Origin: Camelus ferus
Taxonomy: Eukaryota
Reading direction: 5' to 3'
Assembly (NCBI RefSeq): GCF_009834535.1
Contig: NC_045697.1
Location: 110,238,001-110,302,000 of the forward strand
Length of the DNA stretch: 64,000 nucleotides
The position numbers and the translations under genes were made by a program. Shown here piece by piece: positions 12,948-26,272 of this stretch; position 1 is the first letter of the stretch; each line of letters opens with the position of its first letter. Below the pieces are notes generated by a model, which was not told the DNA's origin, searched no databases, and worked only from the letters and a program-made list of their open reading frames with translations.

Positions 12948-13509
12948 CTATTGTTTCCAACTTACAAAACACAAACCAGAGATAAAAATAGAATCCCTGG
13001 GCCCTCCATGAACCCTATTAACTCAACAGGTACTAACCTGGTACCTAGTAAGGTCTTCCAGACCACCAGTTTTACAGCTGTTTCACTGTTAGTAGACTGG
13101 GACTTGTCTTTTCATATTAAGCAATATTATTATGAATAACGGGGCAATACCAATGTTGCACATGGACCACTGGTACACTTCTACTGTCACAGATAAATTA
13201 AAGTTCTTGTCTATAAATCTGAGTTTCAATTTCCCAATCTTATCTGGCATTAATTATACCAATTTAATTTGCAAAAGTCTCCCATGGTTTAATTAGAGAT
13301 GCTTGAAGGAGAAAAAAATGTAGTACCATGTAAACACTAAGTGTTACTTTGATAACCTCCAACCCTGCTTCTTGGACATACCTCTTGTCAAATGATTTAT
13401 TCAATGTTAATATAAAATTTTCCCATGAGAAGTGGAACTCCTTCTTCCTATGGGAGACTTGTTACCTGAGGGAGCTGGAAACCTCTGTAATAACACCAAC
13501 ACAGGCACC

Positions 13510-13705
13510 CTGACTCTACCATTTATGATCTATTTGACCTTAGGCACATTATTTTGCTGTTGGAAGCCTCAGTTTCCACATCTACAAAATGGCTTAATAA
13601 TAGGACCTACCTCATGCGGTTGTTGTGAAGATTAAATCAGATATTCCATATAAAATGCATGGCATTATCTAGCACATAGTAAGAACTCAATCGATGTTAA
13701 GTATT
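13510..13705 (+). mobile_element. MIR SINE
   Basis: GCCTCAGTTTCCACATCTACAAAATGG...GGTTGTTGTGAAGATTAAAT...GCACATAGTAAGAACTCAAT. Confidence 0.8.
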
Positions 13706-14136
13706 GATTCATTGCCAGCTATAACTTTATGCCAGTAACATAAAAGGGATACATTGGGGAAAAGTTGCTGACTGATACATTATTTAGTTAATAATAATAA
13801 TAATAACAGTAATAAACTATCAGCCTAAAATATCCATATAACATGCACAAACCCTATTTTTAACCTCAGCTTTCAACTAAAAGTTATAATTGAGTCACTG
13901 TATACCACTGTTTCCTAATCGTACTTCCAGACCAAGAAAAACTAAAACTGGCTAAAAAGAAAAAAGGAAAATTCATTCAGTGAGTAGAGGGGTAAGCCAT
14001 GAAGCATGAGATTCTCACAAACGTCAGATTCTTAGAGAACTATTTTCATCAGCCTTATGAAGCTCTGAACGGGGCTCAGGTGCGGGGCTTTCCAACCCAG
14101 CCTTAGACCCGTACTAGGGAACAGCATCCTAAAGTC

Positions 14137-14461
14137 TGCTACGGACTGAATGTTTGAATCCCTAATCCCCAGTGTGACGGTATTTAGAGGTGAAGCATTT
14201 GGCAGGTAATTAGGGTAGATCAGTCTTTAGAGCGAAGCCCTTAAAAACGGGGTTATTAATGTCCTTATAAAAGGAGAAAGACATGAGAACCCCCGTCTCC
14301 ATCACACGAGGACACAGCGAGAAGACAGCCCAGGAAGAGGGCTCTCACCAGAGCCCGAGGGTGCTGACACCCTGATGTTGGACCTCTGACCTCCGGAACG
14401 ATGAGAAATACATTAAGCCACCCAGTCTACAGTCCTTGTCACAGCAGCCCAAACTGAGGCA
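14137..14461 (+). mobile_element. MaLR LTR (MLT1A/B-like)
   Basis: TGCTACGGACTGAATGTTTG start, then GACACCCTGATGTTGGACCTCTGACCTCC...ACAGCAGCCCAAACTGAGGCA end. Confidence 0.75.
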
Positions 14462-14744
14462 AAATTCAAATAGAATTTAGGTCTTATCCTCTAAGAATAG
14501 AGAGTTTTTCATTTTTCTCTTCTGAACATCATTTTCTTTTCTCTTTCAGTACCAGTTTGCTGTATATCCAATATATAGCTGCCCAGGGCCCAGTTAAATA
14601 AAACTGATGGATACTGTTTTAGGAAAAGATATTATTTCTAGAACCATGAAAACGAACAATTCTACTTGATATCTCAAGATACATCAGTATTTGGTATATT
14701 TCACAAGGAAATTCATATTTACCCACTTTTTTGTTTTGGTTTGG

Positions 14745-14836
14745 GTTTTTTTTTTTTCTTGAAGTATAGTCAGTTTACAATGTGTCAATTTCTGGCGTAC
14801 AGCATGGTGATTCAGTTATTATATATATTATATACA

Positions 14837-14892
<56 letters not shown>

Positions 14893-14985
14893 CTTTTTTC
14901 ATATTCTTTTCCATTATATGCTACTACAAGATATTGAACATAGCTCCCTGTGCTGTACAGTAGGACCTTGTTGTTTATCTGTATG
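14745..14985 (-). mobile_element. Young L1 3' end with internal (TA)n expansion (about 14844-14889)
   Basis: Poly-T followed by the reverse complement of the L1 3'UTR seen at 7.9-8.2 kb. Confidence 0.85.
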
Positions 14986-16414
14986 TTTGTTTTCATATAT
15001 ATTTTCCCACTTTTAAAAGATAACTTTTATTTCTCTATCATACTACGTATATTTTTTAAAAAAGAGGAAAAAAGAGAGAGAGATAAATGTATAAAATGGA
15101 AAAGATGGTGACATGGTGTATGGTACCTCATAACTCAGCTGACAATAGGTAATTAAATAACATATTTTTATAAATGAAGTACACTATCAAAAATCTATAT
15201 ATGGTAAGAAGAGCTAAAAGTATTGCCTCTTTTTCCCTTGTGCTCTTAAGATTGTTACCATCTGGTCGTCTCTGATTGGCCCTTAAGTAACTGTATTTAT
15301 CATTTAGAGAAATATACCAAGAACCTGGAAATTTCTAGTGGCTTGTCCAAGGGATAGGTGAGGAGGGGGAGTTTTCCAGAGGAAGAGTTTCCCATACTTG
15401 TTTAATTTCCAGTTTCTCAGAAAGTTCTCCCCGAGGTCAGGAACTGATATTCAATGCTCCGCACTTGGTGTTAAACTAATCAAAAGCACAAGAGGTAGGT
15501 CACGCTTTTAAAATCCAGAGGAAGGAAAGGGGACAGAAGCCACCTGGCAGAAACACCCCCACGCCACCCGCTCGCTCCCACCAAAAAACAAGAGGCCTCC
15601 ATTCTCTTCCCTTAAGCACAACCAACACACTTTATAATCCAGAAGGTTTGTGCCCTTAACATAAAGTATTTCTTGCTGCTTTTTCTCTCAAGTTACAAGT
15701 GATATATTTAACTGTTTTCCTTAGATTTTTGGCTTCCTAGATACTATGATTCCTTCAAACATCTTTCTCTTCTTCAAAATATGGAAAATTGGACATCTAA
15801 TGCAGTGGTCTCGCCTTGACACTTTATAAAGGAGCGAAGACTGCAAATAATCACACCTTATGCTGGCATATTGCTACAGAGCTTACAAAGGCTCTCATAA
15901 ATATCATTTTTCTCCTTATCACAAACCTACAAGGTAGGTGAGAAAGATATTATCATTGTCCACGTTCTCAGACAGAAATTGAAATGTCTGGAAAACAGTT
16001 GTAATATTGATTCTGTGAACATGGTGGCTGGAGGGACAGAGCAGAGGGAATGCTGGTTAAATTTCTTGTACAAGGTTTTACAACTATTAAGTGACAGAAT
16101 TTAAATTCCTTCCAAAATTTCTGACTCTGGAGTTTGTATATGCTAATTGACAACTGTTCCAAGACTGAAATGTGACTTAGGGAGATTTAACAACTCTAAT
16201 ATATATAACCAAGAAGCATTAAACATTTGGATGAAGGAAAACAATAACCTAAGAAACTCCGTGTGCATACTACTCATAAATTAAAATAATTAAATGTATA
16301 AACTGAATATCTCAGGAGCCTTGGGTATACAGCTACTTTTTTTCAGGAAGAGTGTATCTTGGCTTTTTTCCCAAGAGAACATACACAGATTTACTTTTAA
16401 AAATTACACAGGCT

Positions 16415-16569
16415 GGGAGGAGAGGGTATATCTCAGTGGTAGAGCGTGTGCTTAGCATGCACAAGGTCCTGGGTTCAAATCTCCAGCTCCTCCATTAAAA
16501 AATAGTAATGGTAAATAAATAAATAAACCTAACTACTTCTTCCCCAATAAATAAGGGAAATTTTTTTTT
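16415..16569 (+). mobile_element. Camelid tRNA-derived SINE with TSD
   Basis: A/B boxes present. TSD AATTACACAGGCT (16402-16414) / AATTACATAGGCT (16570-16582). Confidence 0.9.
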
Positions 16570-17692
16570 AATTACATAGGCTTTTTCCCCAAAAAAAGAT
16601 CTTAAGAGTTCCAACTATTAATTCTCCTATCAACACATTTTTCAGAGACATATGTTCTCCGTGTGATTTGGAGTTGGTACTTAATCCACACAAGCTTATT
16701 TGCTTCTTTATTAGAAAGTGTATGTAACAATAAAACCATCAAGATTAACTTTGCAGAGAATAACAAATATTCTAAGAGGTAAAATATGACAGTAGAAAAT
16801 ATGCAGCTTCATTCCCTGTCACCCAAGTGACATCAGACACAGACCACTGCCTGCCAGCGTAAAACTCCAAAAATGAATTAATGTCAGAGTTAACACCTTG
16901 CCGCCCATCTGTGTGCACTGGAAAACTAGCAAGGCTGCCGTGTACAATCGTGAGCAGGCCAAATCAGACTGGCCACCAGAAAAGCGCCCTCCAGAGTGTT
17001 AGATGGAAAGTAAGTACATGGAATTCCTACAGAATTCAGTGAACCATCGCACTGAAACCTACAGCTAAGTACACTTTGTGACTTAAGTACGTGCGACAGG
17101 AAACTTCACTGCTGTTCAGCCTCTCAGATCGAGAAAGGAGGATCTGACTTTCACCTCCAATAATGGTAGATGAAGCAAGTCGGGCTCTTAGAGGACAACT
17201 AGAAAAGTGGGACAAAATGTTGAAAGAAATAGCCAGCTGAAGGCATCAAAGAACTCACAGCATACTGAAGATTCACCCAGAGGATGGCAGGGAAGGGAGT
17301 CCAGGTTACTCCACCCCAGATATGGAGGAGTTTCTTCCCAGGAAACTCTACCAATCCCAGAGGGAGAGGAGGGCAGCTGGGCAGCTGAATGGGACCCGCA
17401 AGCTGCCTAGTGCTTTGGCCACTGAGACTGGGATTCAGGGCCTGTACAGGGCTGAGGGGAGCGCTCCTAAGTCCCCCATCTTAGGCTGTCCCTTAGAGAG
17501 GGACACCCTGTCACCTCCGGGTGAACCACAGGAAGGCCCTCAAAGGGGCTGCATCTCAGCTTTGAACCATCTCATTGCCTGAGACTGAAGACAGGAGGTT
17601 CTGGCCACCAGCATCCGCAGATGTCCTAGAGTGCTGGCACCACCAGGCAACCGGCAGACGCAGATAGAAACCCTAACTATTAAAAGACATCA

Positions 17693-18200
17693 TCTTTATT
17701 AGTTATCGACCTGATGTGTAAAAAATGATTCCAAACGTAGCGGCTTAAAACAATAACTGTTTCTCATCTGACAGTTTCCGGGGGTCTGGGATCCAGGAGT
17801 GGCTCAGCTCAGTGGTTCTGGATCAGGATTCCAGCAGGCTTCGCTCCCGGGGTCAGATGGTGCTGCGGTCACCTACGCTCTGCCTGCCTCTAGCGGGGCC
17901 ACTTCCAAGTTCAGTCACCTGGCTGTTGGCAGGAGACTTCAGTTCCTCACCTTGTGGGCCTCTTTACAGGGCTGCCCACAGCGGGGGCTTCTCCCGGAGC
18001 CAGGGAGCCAAGAGCAAGAAAGGGAGACCAAAATGAAAGCCACAGGCTCTTAGAACCAAAGCCCCAACGTGACATACAATGTTTCCTTCTTCATTTTCCA
18101 CTCATCAGAATGGAGTTAAGAAGTCCAGCTCACGCTCAGCAAAGAAGACTAAGCAAGGATGCGGGCACTGGGGACCATCCTAAAGCTATCTGTCTCATCA
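17693..18200 (-). mobile_element. Old MaLR LTR (MLT1F/H-like)
   Basis: TAGCGGCTTAAAACAATAAC...CAGGAGTGGCTCAGCTCAGTGGTTCTGG...GGCTGTTGGCAGGAGACTTCAGTTCCTC, typical of a reverse MLT1. Confidence 0.65.
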
Positions 18201-18699
18201 CCCTGGATATCAAATGATTTTTACAAACAGTTCTGCAAATACAATATCCACATATAATCAAAGAGAACTTGGAGACAAAAGGGAAAAACAAAAATGCAAT
18301 AGAACCACAAGGTTCCAGATAGTAGAGTTCAGTCACCATACAGAGGCTTTAAAAGTTGTGTGCTTGTTTTGTTCATGGAGGCCAAAAAAAAAAAAAAAAA
18401 AAGATGATGAATTTTAACAGATAAATCTAAACCAAAAAAATAAAGTCCTAGATTTCAACTTCCAGGCATGATGGCGTAACTGGGACTGGACTTAACATTT
18501 TGTCACAAACAACTAGAAAACTGAGCAAAATATAGGAAACAACTCTTTTCAGGCTACGAACGATACTGTGATTCTTAAGTGGAGACAAAGAATGAGGTGA
18601 TGGTTACAATCGCTCAGCCTAGAGGCTCTGAGAAGAAACCAGACACAAGAGTCAGGAAACGGAGGTGAAAGGCATTTTTGCTCATAACAAGGATTACGG

Positions 18700-18963
18700 G
18701 AGTCGGGGTAGGGGAAGGGGTGGGAAAGGATAAAACTGGGAGTTCACAAATTGCTAATATTAACTACTATATATAAAATAGATTTAAAAAAACAAGGTTC
18801 TTCTGTATAGCACAGGGAACTATATTTAATATCTTGTAGTAACCTATAATGAAAAAGAATATGAAAACAAATATATGTATGTACATGTATGGCTGAAACA
18901 TTATGCTGTACACCAGAAATTGACACATTGTAAATGAATGTACTTCAATAAATTAAAAAAAAA
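18700..18963 (+). mobile_element. Young L1 3' end
   Basis: Same 3'UTR as the other copies, ending CAATAAATTAAAAAAAAA. Confidence 0.88.
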
Positions 18964-19394
18964 GCAGGAGTCATAACGTTAGCACATTCACATCAGTTCC
19001 CCAAACCTAGTCATTAAGGGTGAGTTAGAGGGTTAGATGATGCCTGCCCAGGCAGTAGGTAGGTGGCTTTCCGGGAGAGGAGTACTGAGGCTGAAAAATC
19101 CATTGTTTCGGAGCCAGTCTGAAACAATGGGTAAGCAAGACTGCTCTTTGCCCTGAATGGAGACACTGCCTCATTCCTTAAGGTCACCTGCTGCAAACAC
19201 AAGCCTGATATATAATCCAGGTAAAGAGCAGGCAGGACCTTGCAATCGCGGCGTACCAAGCAGGACCCCCAGCCGGACCTGTGGGAAGGCCAACCTGGTC
19301 TAAAACTACGTGTGTTTCATCAAAGTGGAGCACGCAGCCAGGTGAGAGTCAGACCTCTAAATCCTGAACTATTCTTTGCTAACTTAAGAAACCA

Positions 19395-21470
19395 GACTGT
19401 TTATATTCAAAATATTTATTAATCAAGAAAAATAATGCTAGAGCTAGAGTTTAAGCCATTGATCCAAGATTTTACTTTTTTAGCTCGAAGACCGTAAGTA
19501 GTGTATCTTACACTTTTATACAAAAGGCAATTTAAAATGTAACTTGATTTTACTATAATTCCTTTACTACTACAGCTCCCTTTACTGGCATATGAGTAAT
19601 ACTTTGCCAACGAGGTTCTTCACTTCGTTGAGAGTTTAAGCATCTCTCTTTCCCATAGTCACAGGTGTTAAATGTACACAAAAATCCTGTCGGTGTCTGA
19701 CACAGAAAGAAAAGTTTTCTAAGTGTTTCTTTCATGTAACACCTATGAAGATTACATGAGATCGCTGGTTTAAAAAAATCTGAAGAAAAATCACAGCAAG
19801 AAGAAGTTCCAGTGACACCCAGAAATCATTCTAACTACTCTGGTGTATTTTTTTTAAAGGAGAAGGTTGAAACTTGTTTATGAATGTAAAATCTATTAAT
19901 ATGCTTATGAGGTCTATTAGTAAAGAATAAAAAGTAACATGAGGCTCATATACAGTATGTGTGTGGGTTGCTGAGTTGCCTGATCCTGTGGGTAGAGTTC
20001 ATACTTATAAACTCATATATTTAGCTTGAATGTTGCACAAGTAAGGAAGTATTTATTGCCAGGCATGAAATGATAATAGGTGATGGTTTCTGTCAATAAA
20101 ATAAGGCATATCTCAATATTTTCATTTTATAAAAACTATTTCACATGGTTTTAATTCTAAACATGTATATTCTATAGCTACCGTAGTTATTTGAACACGG
20201 CAACTCACCTTTTAAAATTGCTGAAGTAATGAAAAATATTCAAGAGAAGGATTAGCCAACTTTTCAAATACTTGTAAGGACTTTTCAGAAATGTCAAAAA
20301 GTTAAAAAGCATTAGTAACTTACCATAAGCAAAGAGGTATAATTATTTCCAAGCATAGCATGTAGAATATTTATATGTGTTTGAAAAAGTGTTTAATGAA
20401 AATAGATATTTGTAGGTTGAATTAAAATTCATGATGAAAATGATACTTAAACGTAATTTTGAAAAAAGAATCATTTATAAAGCAAATAATCTTTCTGTAA
20501 AAGAAGTGAGTTTTTATCAATTAAACTTGTCCGAAGTAAGACATAGCTTTATGTGCCTTGCAAATGGTTACAGAGTGATATTCAATATCATATTCCCTGA
20601 GGTCCGATGAAATCATTCTGTCATACATTCATGCCAAGATTATTGCATAAGCATGAAAAAATTTTGAAGATACATGCACGTTTAGTCACCGTGATGTGTA
20701 ATATCTGGCAGGTACACATTTAAATTAGCCTGACGAGGTAAAGTGTGTTTTAATGCCTGAAAATCATTACTCTGAGAGCAAAGCCTTATCTGCCGGCTCT
20801 CCCATTTGGCGTCCGGTCTTCCCTGATTAGTTGTTTCATATACAAGGATTAGTGGCCCTGAGCAGGACTTCCAGCCTGACATTCTTGCTCAATGACAAGA
20901 GATTTTTTTACTGCACATTCATGTTTCGTGGACAGTAATATCGCATTTTAAATGTTTTAGAGTGCTGTTTCTTCAGCTCATCTAGATACAAATCATAAAG
21001 CAATCAAGACTAGAATGTGCGGCAAGTTTACTGGCTGCAGAAGGCTTAATCACATAGCATTACACATAGAAAGGTTTAAGCATTTTATTTTAAAAGTTTG
21101 CCAGAATTTTCCTAGACCACTGATGTCATCTGAAGCTTCCTAAAGCAGAATATTCTCTCTCAGAATTGTTCTTTTGCCTGGCCACTTTTCTTGATTAACT
21201 TTTTGATTTATTTGCTGGACAATTTCTTTATGAAGGTTTTCATTATCTGTCATATCGTATAGGATTTCACTTGCTCTATGGTCATGTACTGATGGATCAT
21301 CATCTTCATTTATATTTTAACAGCATCCAGTTGAAAAAAAGATGATCAGTCCATTCCATTATAATATTTCTTCATTGCTATTGATACAATGGATTCACTG
21401 AAAAAAAAATCCTATATTCATTAACTGTTTCAGTAAATTATTCACTGATTCTTTCTCTGCCTACCAGGTA
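19395..21470 (-). mobile_element. Putative extremely decayed non-LTR retrotransposon ORF2 (endonuclease-linker-RT) relic
   Basis: Manual three-frame translation gives collinear degenerate motifs (see findings). Many stops and frameshifts; not confirmed by any search. Confidence 0.45.
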
Positions 21471-21839
21471 TTACTTAACTCTACTAGGCTTATGAGTAAT
21501 ACTACTATACTTTAAACTATTCATTAAGATAGCAAATATTTATTGCCTATTACCTGCCAGGCATTGCTCTCCTAGGACTCCTAAAATATGGACCCTGGTG
21601 TTGTGAAGCCATTCAGTATAGTGGGCAAATGGGTAAAAATATAAAAGAATAATCATAACACAGGGTGTTAAAAGCAATCATTAAAGCACATAAAATGTAT
21701 CTATTCAATGCCTCTTTCAACCAATAATTGAAAGTGGCCTACAGGTGGCCTACAAAAATATATACAACATACAGGGATAGAAATACATAAATTAGGGAGC
21801 TGAGACTAAGAAAAAAATGTTGGTAAACAATAGGTAAAC

Positions 21840-22259
21840 AGTAAAGCCAACCATTAAAAGGACCATAACTTACCAGATATTGGTAGTGGAGGTGCAAAAA
21901 AGTACAGCTTCTAGGGAGGAAAATCTGCCAATGCTTAGCAAAATACAAACACCTACCAAAATGATATATTATGAAGAGTACACTTCAATCCAGCTGTCCC
22001 ACTTGGGAGAATTTATCTTACAGTGATATCTCACAAACGCAGAGTGACGTATGAAAAAGTTTAGCCATCACAGTGCTATTTGTAATACCCAAAGATAAGA
22101 AACCAAGAGCCCATCAGTGAGAACTGGTTAAATAGCATACAGCACTTCTAGTCAATGAAAAGCCTGCCTCCTCTAAAACAGAGCGACAAAGCTTTCTGTG
22201 TGCTGAAAGGGAAAAAACTCCAGACTCAACTGTGGGTAAAGAAAGCGATACTGCAGAAG

Positions 22260-22300
<41 letters not shown>

Positions 22301-22530
22301 AGAGGAAGGAAAATAAGAATATCATTTATATTTGCTCGTATCTGCACAAAGAAACAACAGAAAGACTCACAAGAAATCAACGCAGGAGGCTGTGTACTGC
22401 CATTGGAGATGAATGATGAAGTGGACAGACGCTGGAATGGGAGCAAAGTTATTCAGTATATAGAAATTTCTATATCGTTTTTACTTTGGAACATTATAAA
22501 TATATTATCTATTTAAATAAAATTTAAAAA
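21840..22530 (+). mobile_element. Old L1 (L1M-type) 3' fragment containing (CA)n at 22261-22295
   Basis: TTCAATCCAGCTGTCCCACTTGGGAGAATTTATC...CAGTGCTATTTGTAATA...CCATCAGTGAGAACTGGTTAAATA. Confidence 0.6.
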
Positions 22531-22769
22531 ATGTATGCAATATTAGATATTTGCTAGAAGAAAGCTGCAAATTCGCTCTGGAACTTAAATCAAACAGAGA
22601 AACCGTTTGGTACATGAATTAGAGATAAGGTTAAAAATGTTTTTAACTGTTCCCCCAATACTGAGACCCGAAAGAAAGGAGTTTCTTTACTGTGTATTCA
22701 GTAACTGGACATTTTGTGATCTAGCGAATGACAATCTCACCAACACCTTTTAAATACATACTCGGGAGG

Positions 22770-23330
22770 CTTCAAATCATGTTCTTGCTTAAAACTCTCC
22801 AATACCCTTCCATTTAATCAAAATAAATCCAAACTTCTTACCACGGTCTGTGACACCTCCATGTGACCTGGTCCCTACCTATGTCTCCTCTCACCCTTCC
22901 CCTAAATCATGGAGCTCCAACCACGCAGATCTTCATTCTGTCTCTTGACCATAAACAGCTCCCACCTGACTCAGAGCCTTCGTACTTACTGTTCCTTTCT
23001 GCCTCTGGTGCTGTTCCCCTCGGTAGAAGCAGCACAGCTGCCTCCTTCTCACCACTCAGGTCTCATCTCCTGAGAATCCTCTCCTTTCTACTCTCTGCCA
23101 AAGGAGCACCACGTTGCTCCAGTCACTCTGGAGCCCATCACTACATATTATATTCTTCACAGGACTTAGGATAGTCTGCTATTTTATTTTTCATCATTTT
23201 CATCTTCTTCCACAAGAAAACAACCCCTGAAGCTGCTCACTGCTGCATCTTGTATCTTTAGTGCCTAGAACAGGGCTTGGGACACAGTGGGTGGCTAGTC
23301 ACTGTTAGTCAAATGAATGAACATGGAGAT
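22770..23330 (+). mobile_element. L2 3' fragment
   Basis: CTTGCTTAAAACTCTCCAAT...AAATAAATCCAAACTTCTTACCACGG...GTGCCTAGAACAGGGCTTGG...AATGAATGAA end. Confidence 0.7.
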
Positions 23331-23994
23331 GAATGAGTGATTGATGGAGAAAGAAAGAGTGAATGAAGGAAGAAAGGCAAGAACAGAGGCAGGATGGGAG
23401 AAGAGAGAGAAAGGAAGGAATTTCTCAATATTCAACAATAGCTAAACTTCTCTGGCTAATATTAAGTCAGATGTGTTACCCTACTCTGACTTTAGCTCAT
23501 ATAAGATTTTTAGACACCAACATCTTATACACAATTTTCAACCAATGTTAGTTAAGGCCCAGAGTTTTGATACCACTGTATACATAGTCACTGATCTCAT
23601 AAGCTATTTATCTCAAGAAAATTCATTTTGGAGAAGTCCTAAAAGTTTCACTAGCACCTGGATTTAGCTTAGATTTATAAGTTATAAATTACATAAATTA
23701 AAATTTATGTTTAAAATGTATTCTTCCCTCACCCCAAAAATAACAAAGCAGGACTAAAGACTCTAAAAAGGAGACTTTATCACTGCACTTTTCCATCGCA
23801 ATACTTGGTCAAAGTTAACCAAAGGTTGTTCTAGTATAAATGGCGTTTCATAGAGACTTTGGATTTGGGCAACCACATATAGAAATCAAGAGAAGTAACC
23901 CGGAAAAGAATCTACTGGCTCCCTGGGTTTCTGCAGCTGAGCAATAGGAGAAATCTAACATCAAAACTTACTTTCTGTGAAAACGTGACTCATC

Positions 23995-24468
23995 AGGGTG
24001 ATCATTTTGAAACGTATACAAACAGCGAATCACTGTGTTATGTACCAGAAAGTAACATAGGGTCGTAGGTCAATTACACTTCAAAAATAAATAAACTCAT
24101 GGAAAAACAGATCAGATCTGTGGTAAGCAGAGGTGAGGATGGGAGCAGTAGGGAAGGGGAAACTGGATGAAGGTGGTCAAAAGGTACAAACCTCCAGTTA
24201 CAAGACAAGTAAGTACTAGAGGTGTAATGTACAATACGATTAATTAACACTGCTGTATGTTATGTACGAAAGCTGTTCAGAGAATAAATCCTAAGAGTGC
24301 TCACCACGAGGGAAAACCTTTTTATCTATTTCTTTAACATTGTATGAGTTGAATGAGATGATGGTAACCGTTTCATGATGCAAGAAAGTCAAATCATTAT
24401 GCTGTGCAGCTTAAACGTATACACTGCTGGATGTCAATTATATCTCAATAAAACTGGAAGGAAAAAAT
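23995..24468 (+). mobile_element. Older L1MA-type 3' ends (two tandem termini)
   Basis: GTCAATTACACTTCAAAAATAAA then AAGGTACAAACCTCCAGTTACAAG...GTCAATTATATCTCAATAAAACTGG. Confidence 0.7.
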
Positions 24469-24831
24469 TTTACTTTCTTCTAGCCACTGCACTGTGGTTG
24501 AAGAGAAGAAGCCTACAAATGGTTTCTATTTATTGGCCCAGAATTAAACAATATTTATATACGTATGTGCTGGCTGGATTTTATAACCATTGCCATGTGG
24601 CTTCAGGACACACTGACTTACTTAAGGTTACACATTAAAAGTGTCTCTACTCCACACAGTGTCTCTTGACAGTCCAGTTTTGTAAAACAATGACTCCACA
24701 ATCTAGACAATGTGTTAAATTACTCATATAAAGATTACTTTCTATTTTTTGCATGTGTTAAGGCACATGTGTTTTTATTTATCCCAGCATAGATCTGAAA
24801 TAAATTATGTTCAGAAAATGTGTTCCTCAGA

Positions 24832-26272
24832 ATACAGAGCCCAGAAATAAACGCACACACCTACAGTCAATTAATCTTCGACAAAGGAGGCAAGAATATA
24901 CAATGGAGAAAAGACAGTCTCTTCAGCAAGCTGGAAAAGCCGGACAGCCAGACACATGTAAATCAATGAAATTAGAACCCTCCCTCACACCATACACAAA
25001 AATAAACTCAAAATGGCTTAAAAACACAAACATAAGCCAGGACATCTTAAATCTCTTAGAAGAGAACACAGGCAAAACATTCTCTGACATAAATAGTAAC
25101 AATGTTTTCTTAGGTCAGTCCACCAAGGCAATAGAAATAAAAGCAAAAATAAACAAACAGGACCTAATTATACTTATAAGTTTTTGCACAGCAAAGGAAA
25201 TCATAAACAAAATGAAAAGACAACCTGCAGACAGGGAGAAAATATGTAAGTGATGGGACTCACAAGGGCTTAATTTCCAGAACACACAAAAAGCTCACAC
25301 AACTCAATAACAAAAAAACCAAATAATCCAATCCAAAAATGGGCAGAAGATCTAAACAGACATGTCTCCAGTGAAGACACACAGATGGCCAACAGGCACA
25401 CAAAAAGATACTCAATATAGCTAATTACCAGAGAAATGCAAATCGAAAACTGCGATGAAGTATCACCTGACACTGGTCAGAGTGGCCATCATTAAAAAGT
25501 CCAGATGATCAATGCTGGAGAGGGTGTGGAGAAAGGGAGCTCTCCTACACTGTAGTTAGGAATATAGTTTGGTGCAGCCATTATGGAAAACAGCATGGAG
25601 ATGCCTTTAAAAAACTTACCATATGATCTAGCAATCCTACTCCTGGGCATCTATCCAGAGAAAAACTCTAATTTGAAACAACACATGCACCCCAATGTTC
25701 ACAGCAGCACTATTTACAATAACCAAGACATGGAAACGACCTAAATGTCCATGGAAAGATGAATGAATAAAGAAAATGTGGTATTATATATACAATGGAA
25801 TATCATTCAGCCATAAAAAAAGAATGAAATAATGCCATTTGCAGCATATGGATGGACCTACAGGTTATCATCCTAAGTGAAGTAAGTCAGACAGAGAAAG
25901 ACAAATATCATATAATATCACTTACCTGTAGAATCTAAAAGAATGACACAAGTGAACTTTTTACAAAATAGAAACAGATTCATAGACATAGAAAACAAAC
26001 TTATGGTTACCAAAGGAGAAAGGGGGGAGGGATAAATTAGGAGTTTAGGACTTGCAGATACACACTACTATATATAAAATAGGTAAAAAGAAAAAAAAAT
26101 AAGAGCCTACTGTATAGTACAGGGAACTAAATTTAATGTTGTATAATAATCTGTAATGAAAAGAATATGGGAACATGATATATATATGTATGCATAACTG
26201 AATCACTAGGCTGTAACCAGAAACTAACACAACATTGTAAATCAACTCTGCTTCAATTAAAAAAAAAAAAAA
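24832..26272 (+). mobile_element. Young L1, 5'-truncated (~1.4 kb ORF2 C-terminus + 3'UTR + polyA)
   Basis: Encodes [22 protein letters not shown]...LNLLEENTGK...SFCTAKEIINKMKRQP, frameshifted, with a polyA tail at about 26259-26273. Confidence 0.93.

Noticed and set aside
19400..21300. Alternative readings of the decayed block as a TLR/TIR pseudogene, an RNA-virus L-protein EVE or a hAT transposase
   Set aside because: Only isolated short resemblances (FWQT, SDD, HLENF) in the wrong order or spacing. The LINE ORF2 reading fits more motifs collinearly.
23673..23710. Two adjacent AT-rich inverted repeats (ATTTATAA-G-TTATAAAT; ACATAAATT-AA-AATTTATGT)
   Set aside because: Short, low-complexity and expected by chance in AT-rich DNA.
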